Assembly (NCBI GenBank): GCA_977017645.1
Contig: OZ360227.1
Span: 64,852,001 to 64,916,000 of the forward strand
DNA length: 64,000 nt
Direction of reading: 5' to 3'
Source: Torpedo marmorata
Lineage: Eukaryota
Below, piece after piece: positions 23,401-37,200 of the stretch (its first letter is position 1; every line of letters starts with the position of its first letter). The notes under the pieces were generated by a model that saw nothing but the letters and a program-made list of their open reading frames with translations, was not told the origin of the DNA and ran no database searches. The translations under genes and the position numbers were made by a program.

Positions 23401-26284
23401 TTTTTAATTGGATACAGTTATGCCTTTTGAAGAGATTTTCCAGAAAGTATTGTAAGAACACATAGGCTGAATTCTGCTTTGCATTATCATTCATTGCTAA
23501 ATTGTCTTGCAATTAAATAGATTTCACTGCAGTTATTGGCTTTGTATTGTGACTTAAGTCAGCTTTCCAAAATTGTTCTCTGTGGTAATGGTGATGTGGC
23601 AAGTCAGACTGCTGTTTGCCTTTAAAGTCCTCTGATTTCCCTCAGGAACAATGAGATACACTTGGAACATATGTGGCTTCACTGACTCTTTGGCACACTG
23701 CATCAAAATTAAATTCAATGTTACTGGATCTGCTTTATTCAGTGTGGGACTTTACAACGAGGCAATGCCAACTCCATTATAATTGCAGGAGATGACACTT
23801 TGCTTAGGTAGTTGATGGCCATTATGTTTTTATATTGTTAACCAAGTCACCTGTCATTCTGCATCCCCTCTGTAACCCCATTGCAATAGACCATGCGCTG
23901 ATAAATGAACTCCACCAAAAAGTACAAAGAGTCAGGTGAACATCAGGTGTGCCTCTTTGTTCTTGCTTTTGACTGTGCAGTGATGAATTATACATAATTA
24001 GTGGCAAGGAAGTGAGTCTGGTTGGCACAGCTATTGCTTATATGAGTGGACAATTTTGTTCAATTCATCACAATTCCTGCTGCAGTCTTGAGGTCCTAAT
24101 ATGCTCCAAAAAGTAGATAATAAAGGTTAACAATTCACACAACTCTCAGAGCTGAAAGTTTGTGCTTGCCTCCCCTCTACTGTGGTGATCACTAATGGAG
24201 GCGAAGAGTAAAGGTTATTGACCTTGAACCATGCCTGCATTTAAAAGGCTGGAGAAAAATTCCAGCCCATCTGCAGCCTTCAGACAATTTTTCTGTGCGT
24301 GTTGTGGCCTGTGTGATGGCCATCTCTGTCTGGTTCAGTGAGTCTTCATTGATCATGTGATGTGCCTGGAGGCACAATCTTGATTGGGAAAGTTTTAAAA
24401 TTTTATTTTAAACTTTATGAAAATATGTTCTAATTGACTGTTTTTTCCTCAAAACAATTGTATATTAAACATAAGATTTTAGGTAATAGTAATAAGTTCT
24501 GTATACATCTTGTAATTAACCTCTTGATGCCAAGCCTACTTGCAACAAAGCCAGTTTTTCGCATTGCTTGTTCAACTAGTGGCATCTTCGTGATGCATTA
24601 AGCTTTTGTATAAAGTAGGAGCATTTTTCTCCTCGGCAGTTGCCATTTACCCAATTTCTTTGGTATTTATTTACAGTTTTCTCCCAACTAGCCTTTCCCT
24701 CTAGCTCTTATTCTACTAATCAGTAGAATATCAAAATATATGCTTTATTATTCCAGAGTAGGTCATGGTACACGTATGGAGAAAATAAAATTACACAAGG
24801 TCAAGTCTTTACAAATTTCACTGTTAAAATAATATACAAAAATGAGATTTTGGTGAATGAATTGTCAATTTTTTTTATTGACTACAAATACTTGGGTTTT
24901 AGGAATTGATGAGAACTTGTATCATGTAGTGAACATCAAAATTTTATAATTGCCTTTGAGTGCATCAGGTCCAAAGGGGGAAATTTTGGTTGGTGAGTCC
25001 CCTTTAAGCAAGTGTTCAACAAGAAACAGGAGGAACTTACTTTTCCATGTTGGTGCCTAGTAAATGCCATTCCCGAAGGTGCAGTGTTGATTTGATTCAG
25101 TAAGTTCCTTTGAAATTGTGTCAAACAAAACTAAGTGTTGATTTAAATGCAAAGTGAATTTTTAAAATATCATTGAGCCTCCTGCATTTAAAACTCAACT
25201 TTGTCATTGACTGTAAACATCTTTTTTTGGTGATTTATTAAGAATAGGGTTTTGTTTACTGCTGGCCACTTCCAATCATCAACCATATGACCACTCTTAC
25301 TCTACTGAACCCCCTCCATTTTTACACTCACACACTGCAGTGCTCCCCTGATCCCCACCTTCGTGAACTTGAGTTTGTCAGATCCTGTTCAATCATCGTA
25401 GAACAAAGAACATTACAGCTGTTACAAATTCAAACCAGCAATGACAGAAGACGCAATGCAAAAGGGGCAAAATTGAAATTTTTATTTATTAATGACAATT
25501 AAACATATAATTTCACAACAATCAACCCCACTATAAATGTCTATAAACACTATTCTTATCGTGCGCGTGCGCGCGTGTGCCCCCAAGCCTCAAGAAAAAA
25601 AAATTGAAAACCTTCCCCAAAACCCAAGGCCAGTCATAACAATTAGTCAGTCCCAAAAATATAGTCCACAAAATTAACTCTCTATGTTCAGGGTCCAATT
25701 TCACCTCTGTGCGCTGGCACCAAGGACATCTTAATGAACGTTGGAGAGAGAGACAATGACTGTTTAAGCTTACGAATGCTTGGCCTGCTTTTCTTCCAAT
25801 GGCTTTCCCTTTTGGTAGGTGCACGAGGGTTGCTGTTACAAATCAGTATACCACTGATTGAGGCGTGTACGTGTATCTCACAGCCTGTCTCGCTGATCTC
25901 ACGCCTGTTCTCCACGAAAGTTGCTTTAATCTCAGGATTTTGCTGATACAGGAGGCCATGTGCTATTCTCCCAGCCTTTCTCACTGGAATGCACAAGCCT
26001 GTTTCTGATGTTGTTGCTTCAGCCTTTTGCAACTCCAAACTGAATGCTTTTTGCAGAGGTTTGCACCTGCTTTTGTAAAAGTGCAACAAAGTATCTTTCC
26101 ACAGCCTGTCTCTCTATGTCTCTCTCTGAGCACAGCCAGTCCTGGGCAAGTTAACTCTTTCAGTACCTGGTCCCAGTGTGTACCCAAAAGACTTCATCCT
26201 CCTGCTGACCGTCCGCAGTCCAAATGGTCAGTCATGGTCCATAACACAGCATAGTCAGCTCCTTTGGCCCATGATCATAATCAG

Positions 26285-26700
26285 AGAAATACAAACGCTG
26301 TAGATGCTGGAAATCTTGAGCAGATAAAGAATTGCTGGAGGAACTCATCAGGTCAGACAGCATCCATGGGTTGAAATGGTCTGTCAACGTTTCGGGTCTG
26401 AACCTGTTATCAAGACTAATATAAAATAGGTGAAATTATCTATATAAAGGGGGAAAGGAGCTGGGCCCAGAGGTAATATACAGGACAGAAGGTGTGAGAG
26501 GTGGAGAGACAGAGGGAGAAACCATTAGGAAAGGGGATGAGGAAAGAAAAGTTAGAGAGAGAGAGAAAAAAGGTAAAGAAGAGATGGAAACTAGAATCAG
26601 ATAAGGGTAAGGGTTACCTAAAGTTGGTGAAATCAGTGTTCATGCCATTAGGTTTAAGGCTTTTCAGGAGGAATATGATGTGTTGGGCTCTTACTCTGGC
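26285..26700 (-). mobile_element. Penelope-like 3' terminal fragment with variant hammerhead motif
   Basis: CTGGAGGAACTCATCAGGTCAGACAGCATC...AACGTTTCGGGTCTGAACC resembles the termini of the GIY-YIG-bearing copies; purine-rich tract and degenerate endonuclease end follow. Confidence 0.7.
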
Positions 26701-28402
26701 CCTTCACACCACTCTTGTTGACTGTGACTTCAGTTTTTAGCTTCTTGATTACCTATATCCTCTCAAACTGAGCTCCACTTTTTAATTATCTTCCCCTTTT
26801 AGACTTTTTAAGCCACCAATGCAGATGACTCCTCCTTTCGCACAGAGGTAGCTGATTCGCCTTGTAATGCTCCTAAGTAAAAGATGCTATTTTTGTTATA
26901 TTTTTAACAACAAATCCCTGTTATTTTAATGGCACATAATGCTCTACAAATTACTTGAAGATTATGTCTTGGGAATAGTGAATTTTATGAATTCTTGTCA
27001 GTCAACAAAATAAGTGCCAAGATTTCGCTTCATCACTGCTAGTGTTCATTAAGACCACATCTTGAAGTGTATGTGAGTCTTGAAGTGTATGTGAAGCATG
27101 TTCCAGTAAGCTCTAATTTTCTGCTGTGTGATGCTTTGCTGGCTGTAAGGACAATGTAGAGCACAACCAGTAAGTGATCATTTGACTTTGGTGTTGTTGA
27201 TGACCATGTCACTGAAATTTGCTGTTGCCTAACAACAGATTATTCCACAAATGTCAAACCACTCAATGTGACTGCAGAGTAAAAGTCCAGGGTTGACATG
27301 GACCTTCCACAATAACTAACGGTCAGAAAAACAACAGGCTTGGAAATACTGCATTAGCAGCTTGGTCCTTTCCGACTGCAGAGATGGGCACAGTAAAGCA
27401 ACCATTGACTTGGCTATTTCACCTGATTAACCGTACTAGCCTATCACCACAAAATAAGCATCCTCCAATTTTAAAAAAGATTACAAATGGAGATTTATAA
27501 GGAACAGTTGGTTTGATTTTCACCATAAGTTGCAAGATTGTCCAGTTTGTTAAAAGGGCATGCTCCAGTTTTCCACAACTTGCAAGCTTAAAATGTAAAT
27601 TCTTTTTAACATTCACCATTGTTTATAACTACAAGGAGAATCATCATTTCCCCTTTAGTCATTGTAAGCATTTTTTATTTGCACAGTTGAATTCTTGCAG
27701 TCAGCTGTGTTTGTGAAGTTTGTTGGCTTATTCATCTGTGAGCAGGTCCTCTCCATTGAACTGTTGCATCATCTGCTCAGGAAAAGATGGATGGAAGCAA
27801 TTAACCCAAAGCCGCCACCTTTCATGTAGTTTGTTCACTGGGTCCAGTTGGGAGTGCTCAGGTGATCATTGGCTGTCTTTAGAGTTCGAGCCTGATAGTA
27901 TCTCCATGGTTCTGCTCCGGAATTCACCCAGTGTTAATGTGCTCTGGACCTTATGAGTTGACTTCCTTAAAGTTTTGGCTATGGTACCTGTTTCATTGTT
28001 CCTTGTGTCACAAAAGTTAGAATAACATTGGTCTTTCGTGGCTTGACACCTTCAATCGCCCACCTGCCATTGATGTTTTCTAATTGTTGGAGAATTGTCT
28101 TTACCCCTGTTCAAGAGATAATGGTGAGCTGGTGCCAGTTTACAGTCCTACAATGAGTACATTTAGCCACTAAAGAAATCCACTTTTTAAAAGCCTATAG
28201 AATCGTGCTGAAAATACAGACCTCTTGGATGCCATTATTGCTTAGCCTTAGATAATGCACTCTTGTCTCTGTCTCAGTGATTATCCAAGTTCCATTTGAG
28301 AGACCTGAGCACAGGAACCTAGCACGTCACTCCAATATTGTGCTGTCAGAAATGTGTCATTCTGCTCTCTTGTGCAAAGATTCCTTGATCCTTTCCAACC
28401 GC

Positions 28403-28640
28403 GGGCGGCACGGTTAGCGTAGCAGTTAGCGCAGCACTATTACAGCGCCAGCGACCCGGGTGCAAATCCGGCGCTGTCTGTAAGTTCTCGTATCTGCGTG
28501 GGTTTCCTCCGGGTGCTCCGGTTTCCTCCCACCCTTCAAAACGTACTAGGGGCTGTAAGTTAATTGGGGTATTTGGGCGGCACGGGCTCGTGGGCCGGAA
28601 GAGCCTGTTACTGTGGTGTTTGTCTAAATTTAATTTAAAT
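28403..28640 (+). mobile_element. tRNA-derived V-SINE (HE1-like)
   Basis: Box A-like GGTTAGCGTAGCAG and box B-like GGTGCAAATCC, central GGGTTTCCTCCGGGTGCTCCGGTTTCCTCCCAC domain, AT-rich tail; homologous to 63576 and 50235 copies. Confidence 0.85.
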
Positions 28641-30377
28641 TGAATTACATTTAAAGAGTGCTGGGTAGTATTTGTCCCTCAAATCACATCTGAGTGAGCT
28701 TGTTATGTGATAACTGGCATCTAAGTTTTCTATATTAGCATACTGACTACACTTGAAAAGTACTTTTTTAGCAGTAAAATGCATTGGGATGCCCTGAAGC
28801 TTTGGATGATAAGATATAAATGCAAGTCTTTCTTTCTTCATTTTGCATCTGTTTTGAAATATCACGTGCATAAAATATGTAACCATTGTTAGCCCATTCT
28901 GGTGATTCACAGCTGCCACCATTTTGCAGCTGTGCACCATTTTCAAACTGGAGCATAGAACCTTAGACTAAAGCCATGGAGATAACAATTGACGTATGTT
29001 CAGTACTGAGTGGTGATCTTGTAAGATGATATGATTGCTGACAGTCAGGAGAGATAAACTGTAGGTTATTTTTTGGGGGAAAAAAACTAAAAATATGTGA
29101 AGAGATAGCTGTTTTCTCATTTTTAATTGTTAATTAGAAAATTATATGGGGACGTTGCTAATTAAAATGTGTATGAGCTAAATAGTAAAAGTGCTGCGTA
29201 ACATGGGTTGTAAAACCGGGCAGCCCTTGTCACATGCTTGCTATAGGGATTGAAAATCGGCTTGCATGAATGGTTCAGGGATGGCATGTCCTGGACAATT
29301 TCAACTGTGTTATCTGTCACTGAACTTTGGCTTTAACCAGGATGCTTTTTTAAAAAAAAAAAAAAAAAATGTTGCCGATTCTGGAAGTCTGAAGTGGAAA
29401 CAGGAATGTTGGAAATACTCAGATCAAGCAGAAACTGGAAAGAGAGAAACCAAGTTAATGCTTCAATTGGTTGGCTGAGGATTTCTCGCATTTATCTGTT
29501 TTCACTTAGCAAAGGTAAAGACTGGGATAAAGTGCACAAATACTCTTAACAGTTACATTTTAATCTTTGGCCTTACTAAATGTGCATGGATATTTAATAA
29601 TATATTCTAAGAAGCAAACTGTATAGCCCAGTGGTAGTAATCCTGGAGTTGGATGGTTTTGTTGTCAAGAAGATCTATATTTTTTTTCAAGGATTGGAAT
29701 CTCTCCTCCAGTGAAATTCAATCTTGAAAAGGTCATTAACTTTCTCACAAGATGCAAGGGTCAATGTCTGGCCTCCATCTGTAAACCATTCACTGTCTCC
29801 ATAAGAATGTTTCCTCACAGTCAACCTCAAGCTTTGGAATGCACCCGTTAGATCTGTCTAGTTCAATAATTCCGTTGCACCACGGTGAGAGAATTCCTAT
29901 CTGCTGCACACAGACACTTTATCTCTTGAAGATTTGTTAATTAGTTGATATCAATGTGAAATCTAATGTTCACCAAGGTTATGTACGTTTTATGGATGTT
30001 TTAAGGATATGTACATAATTCATAATCTACTGTTGTGAAACTTTGTAAATTAGCATCTGATCCATCCTTTTTCCGTTTATGTGTTGGTAACATACGAGGG
30101 TGTTCGCTATCAGTTATTAATCCATTATCATTTTTTCTTCCCTCAGTTCTTTCTCCCCAAACAATAAGCTGCAATAAAGCTGACACTTGTTTAAAAAGAA
30201 ACTGATCTGTTTTTGGCCTACCACCTCCCCCACCCGTGTACTTTCATCTGGACAATTAAGGTTGACCCTCAAAGTCCAATCAAATGCTTGTTAGTACTTA
30301 CTTGTCATTGTCTATCTTAGTTTTGCATCTGTCATTCTCTATGGCTAGAGTTACAATGTGAACTTATTTTATTTCAG

Positions 30378-30504
30378 TGGTATTTCATGGACCTTCCCCG
30401 GCAAAGATCAAGCGTGAAACTCAAAGTCCTAATATAGATGTGTCCTGCCGCCACAAGCAGAGTCTCAGTTCCAGTTATGGAGAGAACTGCCTCTACAGTT
30501 ACAG
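30378..30504 (+). CDS. ETV5: ETV5 coding exon 5 (VFHGPSPAKIKRE...YGENCLYSY)
   Basis: TTTCAG acceptor, AG|GTACGC donor, KIKRE and YGExCLY motifs; phases match neighbours. Confidence 0.93.
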
Positions 30505-31769
30505 GTACGCAATGACTTATTCTTAGTTTAGGACAGCCCTCTTTCTGCCTGCATCATGACATGATTGTGCTTTGCAACTAATTGGCTGTGAAGTCTTGCA
30601 CACAGATGGGTAATGCTTTACATTCCAAATGGGACCTTCTGAGAGCATCAAAGATGCATTATGTAAATGCAAGCTCTTTTTATGATGAAACAGTCCTTTC
30701 ACTCCTCTCGCCTGTTTCCTGGCCTCTTGTCCCATTATTTGGCTTTACTCCTGAATTGCTCTTGGTTACACTATACCTCCAACTAAGCCAATCCTCCCAG
30801 CATCTATATTCCAGTTCTTTCAGCTGTAGATAAAGCAATATTTACTTCTCATGATGGTCATCTCTCAAATTGCTGAGGTTCTCTGTCTGGATTTTAGGTA
30901 ATTTATAAGCAGTTACAAGATCATCATCATTACATGTCTGTCCGTTTGGTGCAGGAGTACCAGTATATTGTATACAATGATATTACTTTTTGACAGTTTT
31001 TAAATTGGTCTGATAGTCGTACACTCTAGCACGTAGTGCACACGATAGCACCAAGATTTAACACTAAATGGGATGTACTGATTGACCTGGCAATATAATT
31101 TCATTTCATATAGTATGGTGGTTACACATATGATTGAATGTAAACTCAACTGATTTAGTATGGTTTAAATAATTTTTAAAAGATGCTGATTGCTAGGTAT
31201 ATATTTGATTATCAAGCCCAGCCTAATTTACTGATGTGTTTTGGCTGACCTTTTGAAGTATGCTATTTGGGATGATGGGTATCGTTATAAATTGTGCATC
31301 TTGAGGTGTGAATGCTGTGGACAGGTGACTTCATAGGATCCAGTAGGCCTTACATTTAATTCTAGGTTTGCATTGGTTGCTGGTTGCTTGTAAATTTCCC
31401 TTTCTCCCTCGGAGTCCTGCGACAGGCACTCTTTTGTCATGGGGGAACTCCGAAAGCATTAGCAGGAAGATAGTAAAGAACTTCGAGGCTCTTGAAGCAG
31501 CCTGTATTCCTCCTCACCCAATCATGGAACACCTGACCTGTGATTGGTGAAAATGAAGGTGGTGCTGGGCAACTCCAAGCACCTCTTAATGAGCCCACAA
31601 AAGGCAAGTGAAAAGGGTGGCAGGAGAGCACCACCTCCCAACCTACTCAGCTGCCCCACCATTCTGTAGTCTATTGGAAAATCTACCTAAACCTGGCGAA
31701 ACCTCAGTGTGATGCCTCTCAACATCTAACAACCAAATTTTCATTATATTTTTCATATTTTCTTTTTAT

Positions 31770-32245
31770 TGAAGGAGGTCATTTGGCCTATTGAATCCCT
31801 GCTGACTCTGAGCTTATCGATCTTATTTCCCTGTAACCTATTCTCTCACGTTATCATCAACTCCACTCAATTCTCATACCTTGAGGGAGGATGCTGATCA
31901 CACAGAATTACAAAGGCCAACTAACCTACCAAGCAGCATTTCTTTGGGATGTGGGAGGAAACTGGAACGCCCAGAGGAAACCCACATGGTCACAGGGAGA
32001 ACGTGCAAACTCCACACAGATAGCACCAGAGGTCAGGATTGAACCCTGGCTTGCTGGAGCTGCCAGTCAGTGGCACTAACAGCTGCATCACCCTGCCGCT
32101 CCCTTTCATGCGCTTTATGTGGAGCAGCCGGGGGAAAGCCACAGGGAGAACATGCAACTCCACAGAGGGCACCGGAGGGCAGGATTGAACCCAGGTCGTT
32201 GGAGCTGAAAGACAGCAGATCTACCTGCTGCTTCACCATGCCTGC
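31770..32245 (-). mobile_element. Two tandem degenerate V-SINE copies
   Basis: Repeated CACAGGGAGAAC(G/A)TGCAA...CAGGATTGAACCC blocks at ~31990 and ~32140. Confidence 0.7.
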
Positions 32246-32566
32246 CCAACTGCTGCCTCAACCTAAAGCTCAAGAATTAGGTGTTCACTTTTGTGAAGAT
32301 TATGACTCGTTATCTTTTGGAAAGGTGATGAGAAATTCTGTGTTCGGAATTGAAGCTGGTAGACGAACAGTGGGAGCCTCACAGAGCACATCGTTGGCGG
32401 TTAGAGCTGGTAGACTGACAATGGGAGCCTCACAGAGCACGTCGTTTTTGCAATTAACAGCTTGCACCTCAACGATTCACCTTTACTAACAACAGTGCAA
32501 GCCATGGATGTGATAAGTGAGTTGCCAGATAAGTAACCTTTTGTTCTTCTGTGCTTCTACTTGCAG

Positions 32567-32839
32567 TGCCTACGAGAGGAAGCCCCCTGCTGGGTTCAAG
32601 CCATTAACTCCACCAGCCACCCCCGTGTCTCCAGTTCATCAGAGCTCTCCTCTCCCTCACCTTCCCACTACTGCGGTGCCCCCGTCAGCCCACACCCCTG
32701 CTTCAGCCCCAGTGCAGGCTGCGCCCCCCGCACCAGTTCCACCACCACAGCAGCAGACCTTTGCAGTACCTCGACCACCCCATCCACCACTTCAGTTGTC
32801 CCAGACCTTGTCCGAGTCCCAGTATGCACAAGAGCACAG
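32567..32839 (+). CDS. ETV5: ETV5 coding exon 6 (proline-rich)
   Basis: TTGCAG acceptor, AG|GTAAGT donor; AYERKPPAGFKPLTPPATPVSP...QQQTFAVPRPPH. Confidence 0.94.
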
Positions 32840-35139
32840 GTAAGTTCTAAATCACTCTGCTGCCCTGTAATGTGTGTAAATTAGATCTGTGAATGAAGAA
32901 AAACAAATGTTGGATTCTTAATCAAACAATTAGCTACTGGAGGAACTCAATGGGTTAGACAGCATCCATGGATAGAAATGGTCAGTCAGTGTTTCGGGTC
33001 GGAACCCTTCATTGAGACTCGAGCCTGTAGTTTGCTGGATGTGAATGATGTGCCCTGATTGCTTTCCCAGATCTCTATGTTGCAAACTTCTTTGCATCAG
33101 TTTTCTTCCTCTAAGGTGGGCTTTCTGCTGCTCTGTACTGACCTCCGGGGTCTTAGCTGTTCCTTCCCCTAAACTAGGGAGGAAGTCAGTCTGGGCTCTC
33201 TGTATCCAGCATAACCTTGCTCAGAGCTGAATGTACAGCCGGATTTAAACCACGTCCACTGTTTACAAGGCTCAACCGTTTGAGCGAGGTGTTTTGGAAC
33301 ATCTGTGGAATTGTACAGAAGCTCAGGGGTGACACGGCCAAACGAATTAGTGGGGGGAAAGGGGACATTTGAGCAGGAAAAAGTGATTTCTTGGCACATT
33401 GGCTTCCTTTAATCATAAAATGCATCAAACGTGCTGTCTTGCCCCAAGGCACTGATTAATTATTAATAATAATGATCATGAGTTTATCGTCATACACATT
33501 GTGCAATGAACATATCCATTGACATTCTTGCTTGCTGCAGCTGAACAGGTACTTGTAAAAACCATAATAGTTAACTTAGTTGAATTTAAAAAAAGACAAT
33601 AAATACATAAGATAGGTAATAAATATTCACAGTAATCCTAGTGCAAAAAAAACAGACTTGCAATAGTACAGATAGTCCTTTTGTGCTGTCGGAGCAGTCC
33701 CTGACCAGTGTAACAAGGGGAGGTCATTAAATAAGAAAGAGGAGCAGGAATAGACTGTGGTATCTCAAGCCTGCTCCACAATTCAATGTTAACGTGGCTG
33801 ATCTATCCTTGGGCCTCATTCCACTTGCCTGATTCCCCACCCCCCCCCCCCCCACCGTCCCCACCCCACTCCTTCATAACCTACCGTTTAAAAATTCAAG
33901 ATTGAATACATTAATTTACACAGCATTCCCTGATGTCTGTGGTGGAGAACTTCACAAATTCACAATCCTGAGAGAAGAAATGCCTGTACATCTGTCATTA
34001 TTTTGGGACAGTGTCTCCGCATTCTAAAGACCCACCATGAGGGGATTGCAGCCCCTTCTTCCCATATCAAACAGCCTCATCATCTGAGCTGTCATGAGAA
34101 ATAAGTACACATTGTGCCCCTGTCAAACCCTCCATCTGTGTTGCCATGTGCCTCTGGAGTTTAATTGGAGTTATTTTGGGAGTCTCGGTAGAATAAATAA
34201 AAGATCTGTAATGTTGCTGAAATCTCAAAGGAGAGCAGGAAGATGGTATTTTGGACAGTGGCAGCTCCCTGGTTAGCACCTGCTTCTGTGGCATCTATTA
34301 CTTCCCACAGCTCTTGGTTTCCACCTCTTGCCAAGTGGTATGTGCGGGATGCTGGCTGGAGACCATCTGGATGTGTTTGTTCCGATGGAGGCATACCAGT
34401 AGAGCGATAGATTTCAGTTTGGCAGGCAGGTTGATACAAAGTGGAAATGGGACTAATCCGACAGCAGTCAGCTGTGAAGGATCAGTTTACATGGAAAGTG
34501 GTGCCGGGGACCTGAGTGATTTGCAAAGGGCTGATTTGTGTGGGATCGCCTTTCAAGGTGCTAAATGATTCTCAAGAGTTCTATTTTGGAGATGTGCTGA
34601 CCAGCCTTCCATAGGGGAAGTAGTGATAGAGTCAAAGCAACATTCCTTTAGTCTGAAAAATAATTTAACCTGCATATTCTGTTCAGGGCGTTCTGAGTAT
34701 TCACTACTTTAATGCAACAGCCTTTTAATAAATATATGCTGCTTTCCAAAAAATACATTTTTATCTCGTAGTTCCACATGTTTGACCAGACAAGCATGTC
34801 TTAAGTTAAGGATGACACTGTATAATCATTTATAAATGGTTAGAGGTCTTTTTCTATCACTTGACTTCCAAATAATAGTCTTTTTTAAGCTTGCATGCTA
34901 ATTTGATGTAAACACTTTTTTTGCTGATTCTGGTGTGGTGTTCACACAACCTGTACATCATCCCCCCAATTAAAACTTTTGGAGGCAATTTAAGTAAATG
35001 TGTATGGCATGGTGCCCACAAGAAGGGCTGTGCTTTTATTTTTAATCGTTCTCCTATGCAATGTTTTGTGTCTGGTGATAATGTTTGCGTTGTGAGAGGT
35101 GACCAAATATATTGAATCTTTTTTCTCGTCGTTTCAAAG

Positions 35140-35378
35140 GTTCCAGCGGCAGATGTCTGAGCCAGGCCACCCATATCCAAGTCAGTCAGGAGTGCCCAAC
35201 AACAGTCGGCAAGTATACCAACGGCAAATGTCAGAGCCCATGCCTTCACTATCTCCTCGGACCTTTAAGCAAGAGTACCACGACTCGCATTACGATCATG
35301 TCGGTGGACCCAGCAGGCAGAATTTCCAACCCCCCCTTGGGATTAAGCAGGAGCCAAGAGACTACTGCTATGACTCAG
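35140..35378 (+). CDS. ETV5: ETV5 coding exon 7 (FQRQMSEP...FKQEYHD...[12 protein letters not shown])
   Basis: TTTCAAAG acceptor, G|GTTGGT donor, conserved PEA3 motifs. Confidence 0.94.
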
Positions 35379-35470
35379 GTTGGTTTTCTCTTTAGGCAAG
35401 TGTTGAAGCACACAGATCTGTGTTTAATCCAATCCTGGTTGGCTATTGATTGCATTCTGATGGTTAAAAG

Positions 35471-35835
35471 CAGTGGTTTTCAAACTGCCCCCCTAAACTC
35501 TCATCTAATCTTACTAATCACAGAACACTTATGGCATAGGGATTGCTTAAGGTGGAATGTGAGTGGAAAGAAAAGGGTTTGAAAACCACTGTTTTAATCG
35601 TACCTAATTGACTCGTTATGTGCACGGTTTCATAACTCCAAAGGAAATGGGCCAATGACAATTTTTCCTCAAACAAAATATTTCAGTAACAATTGGGTCT
35701 AGAGCAGTGGTTCTCAACCTTCCCTTCCCACTCACATACCACCTTAAGCAATCCCTTACCAATCACAGAGCACTTATGGCATAGGGATTGCTTAAGGTGG
35801 AATGTGAGTTTAGGGGGGCAGTTTGAAAACCACTG
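35471..35835. mobile_element. Composite hAT-Charlie-like MITE
   Basis: Perfect 30-bp TIR CAGTGGTTTTCAAACTGCCCCCCTAAACTC; 8-bp TSD GTTAAAAG/GTTTAAAG (7/8); two internal subunits. Confidence 0.88.
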
Positions 35836-36879
35836 GTTTAAAGGAATAAACCTGGATCCTCTTCCTGCCCTTGGGTATTTTGCATCGCCTTTGTTATCTT
35901 TTGACATCAGCAAGCTGAGAGATTTGTTACCACGGTGATGGGCATTGGTTGACATTTCACATGTTAAATTTATGGAGGTAGCCTGACAGACTTAGCACAT
36001 TCTACAAAGCAACCTTTCAGTCTTGCAGTGACTGGAAAGGAAACCATTACAACGTCTAGTATTTAGAATAATTCCTTTATATTGATTTATAAAATAAATA
36101 TTTAGCCCAGTGCTTGGTCGATCCTTATTTTTAAAGAGAAAAAGTGCCCAAGCTTGGCTTAAATATTTAAAGGATCATGCTTTTTGTACATCTTTTGCCA
36201 AATTCTTTCTTTAAGGGTGTTATTTATCTGATGCTCCATGACGTAACTGTAAAATCTTCTAATCAGTTTAGGCCTATTAATACTATAACCTAACAGGAGG
36301 CAGAGAGTGGGGATTGCTGTAAACCCAAGCAGATGGTTAAGATTTAAATCTAAAGGACAACATTTAACAGTGACTATAAGGCTTTAACAGAATGGATTTT
36401 TAAAATGTAGGTCATGGTTTCCTGTAACTTGTGGTTCACCAGTTAGTTATCATTGGTTCATCCAGTGGCGTATCTAGGTAAAATAGCACCTATGGCAAGC
36501 ACTCAAATTGCACCCCCCTCCCTGTTAAAAAATCGCAAATAAAGTTGCCAGTTGGGCGAGTTCCACGCACAATTGGGCTAGTTTTGAAGATCGGCCGCAT
36601 GTGATTTGGGCATAGTTTTTTTTTTATGTCAGACAAAACTGCTAAAAGGAATAAAATGTCCTTTTATGAGGAGCGTACACTTCCCTGAACAACGCTTCCA
36701 TTCCGTTTATCTGCTTGCCACTATAGTGCAGGCAATTGCTTTGGAGTTTTTTTTTTAGTTTGTAGTCTATAATACTTGTCCATCGCTTCAATTAGGAGCA
36801 ACAAAGAGAGGGCTTTGTAATGCAATTATCTTGTTAAGGAGAGCGCAGACTCTGAACGCAGTTTTGTAGTAAATGATTT

Positions 36880-37200
36880 CATTTACAAAAGACGGGCGTG
36901 GGAAAATGGTAACGGGGATAACACACACACGCACACAATTTATAGCGAGCGTGGGAAACCATAGCAGCAATAAAACACATACGCACACAGTTTATAGCGA
37001 GCGTGGGAAAGTTGTAGCGGCGATAAAACACATACGCGCACAGTTTATAGCGAGCGTGGGAAACCGTAGCGGCAATATAAAACACATACGCGCAGTTTGT
37101 AGTGAGCATGGGAAAGTCTCACCGGCAATAAAAAACACGCGTACAATTTATAGCGATCGTGGGAAATTCGCAACTGGGATTAAATACACGCACACACACA
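36880..37200 (+). repeat. Six-unit ~52-53-bp tandem repeat with core TTTATAGCGAGCGTGGGAAA
   Basis: CGTGGGAA at 36897, 36950, 37002, 37055, 37158 and CATGGGAA at 37107. Confidence 0.9.

Noticed and set aside
25440-26270. Overlapping ORFs and a (GC/GT) alternating run in the long intron
   Set aside because: No recognisable protein or element termini; probably an old repeat that I cannot classify by eye.
28403-28480. tRNA genes at 28403, 50400 and 63576
   Set aside because: They are tRNA-derived SINE heads followed by a shared SINE body and do not form full cloverleaves.
32350-32450. Diverged ~50-bp tandem duplication (and an 18-bp one at ~27060)
   Set aside because: Only two copies, intronic, no structure suggesting function.
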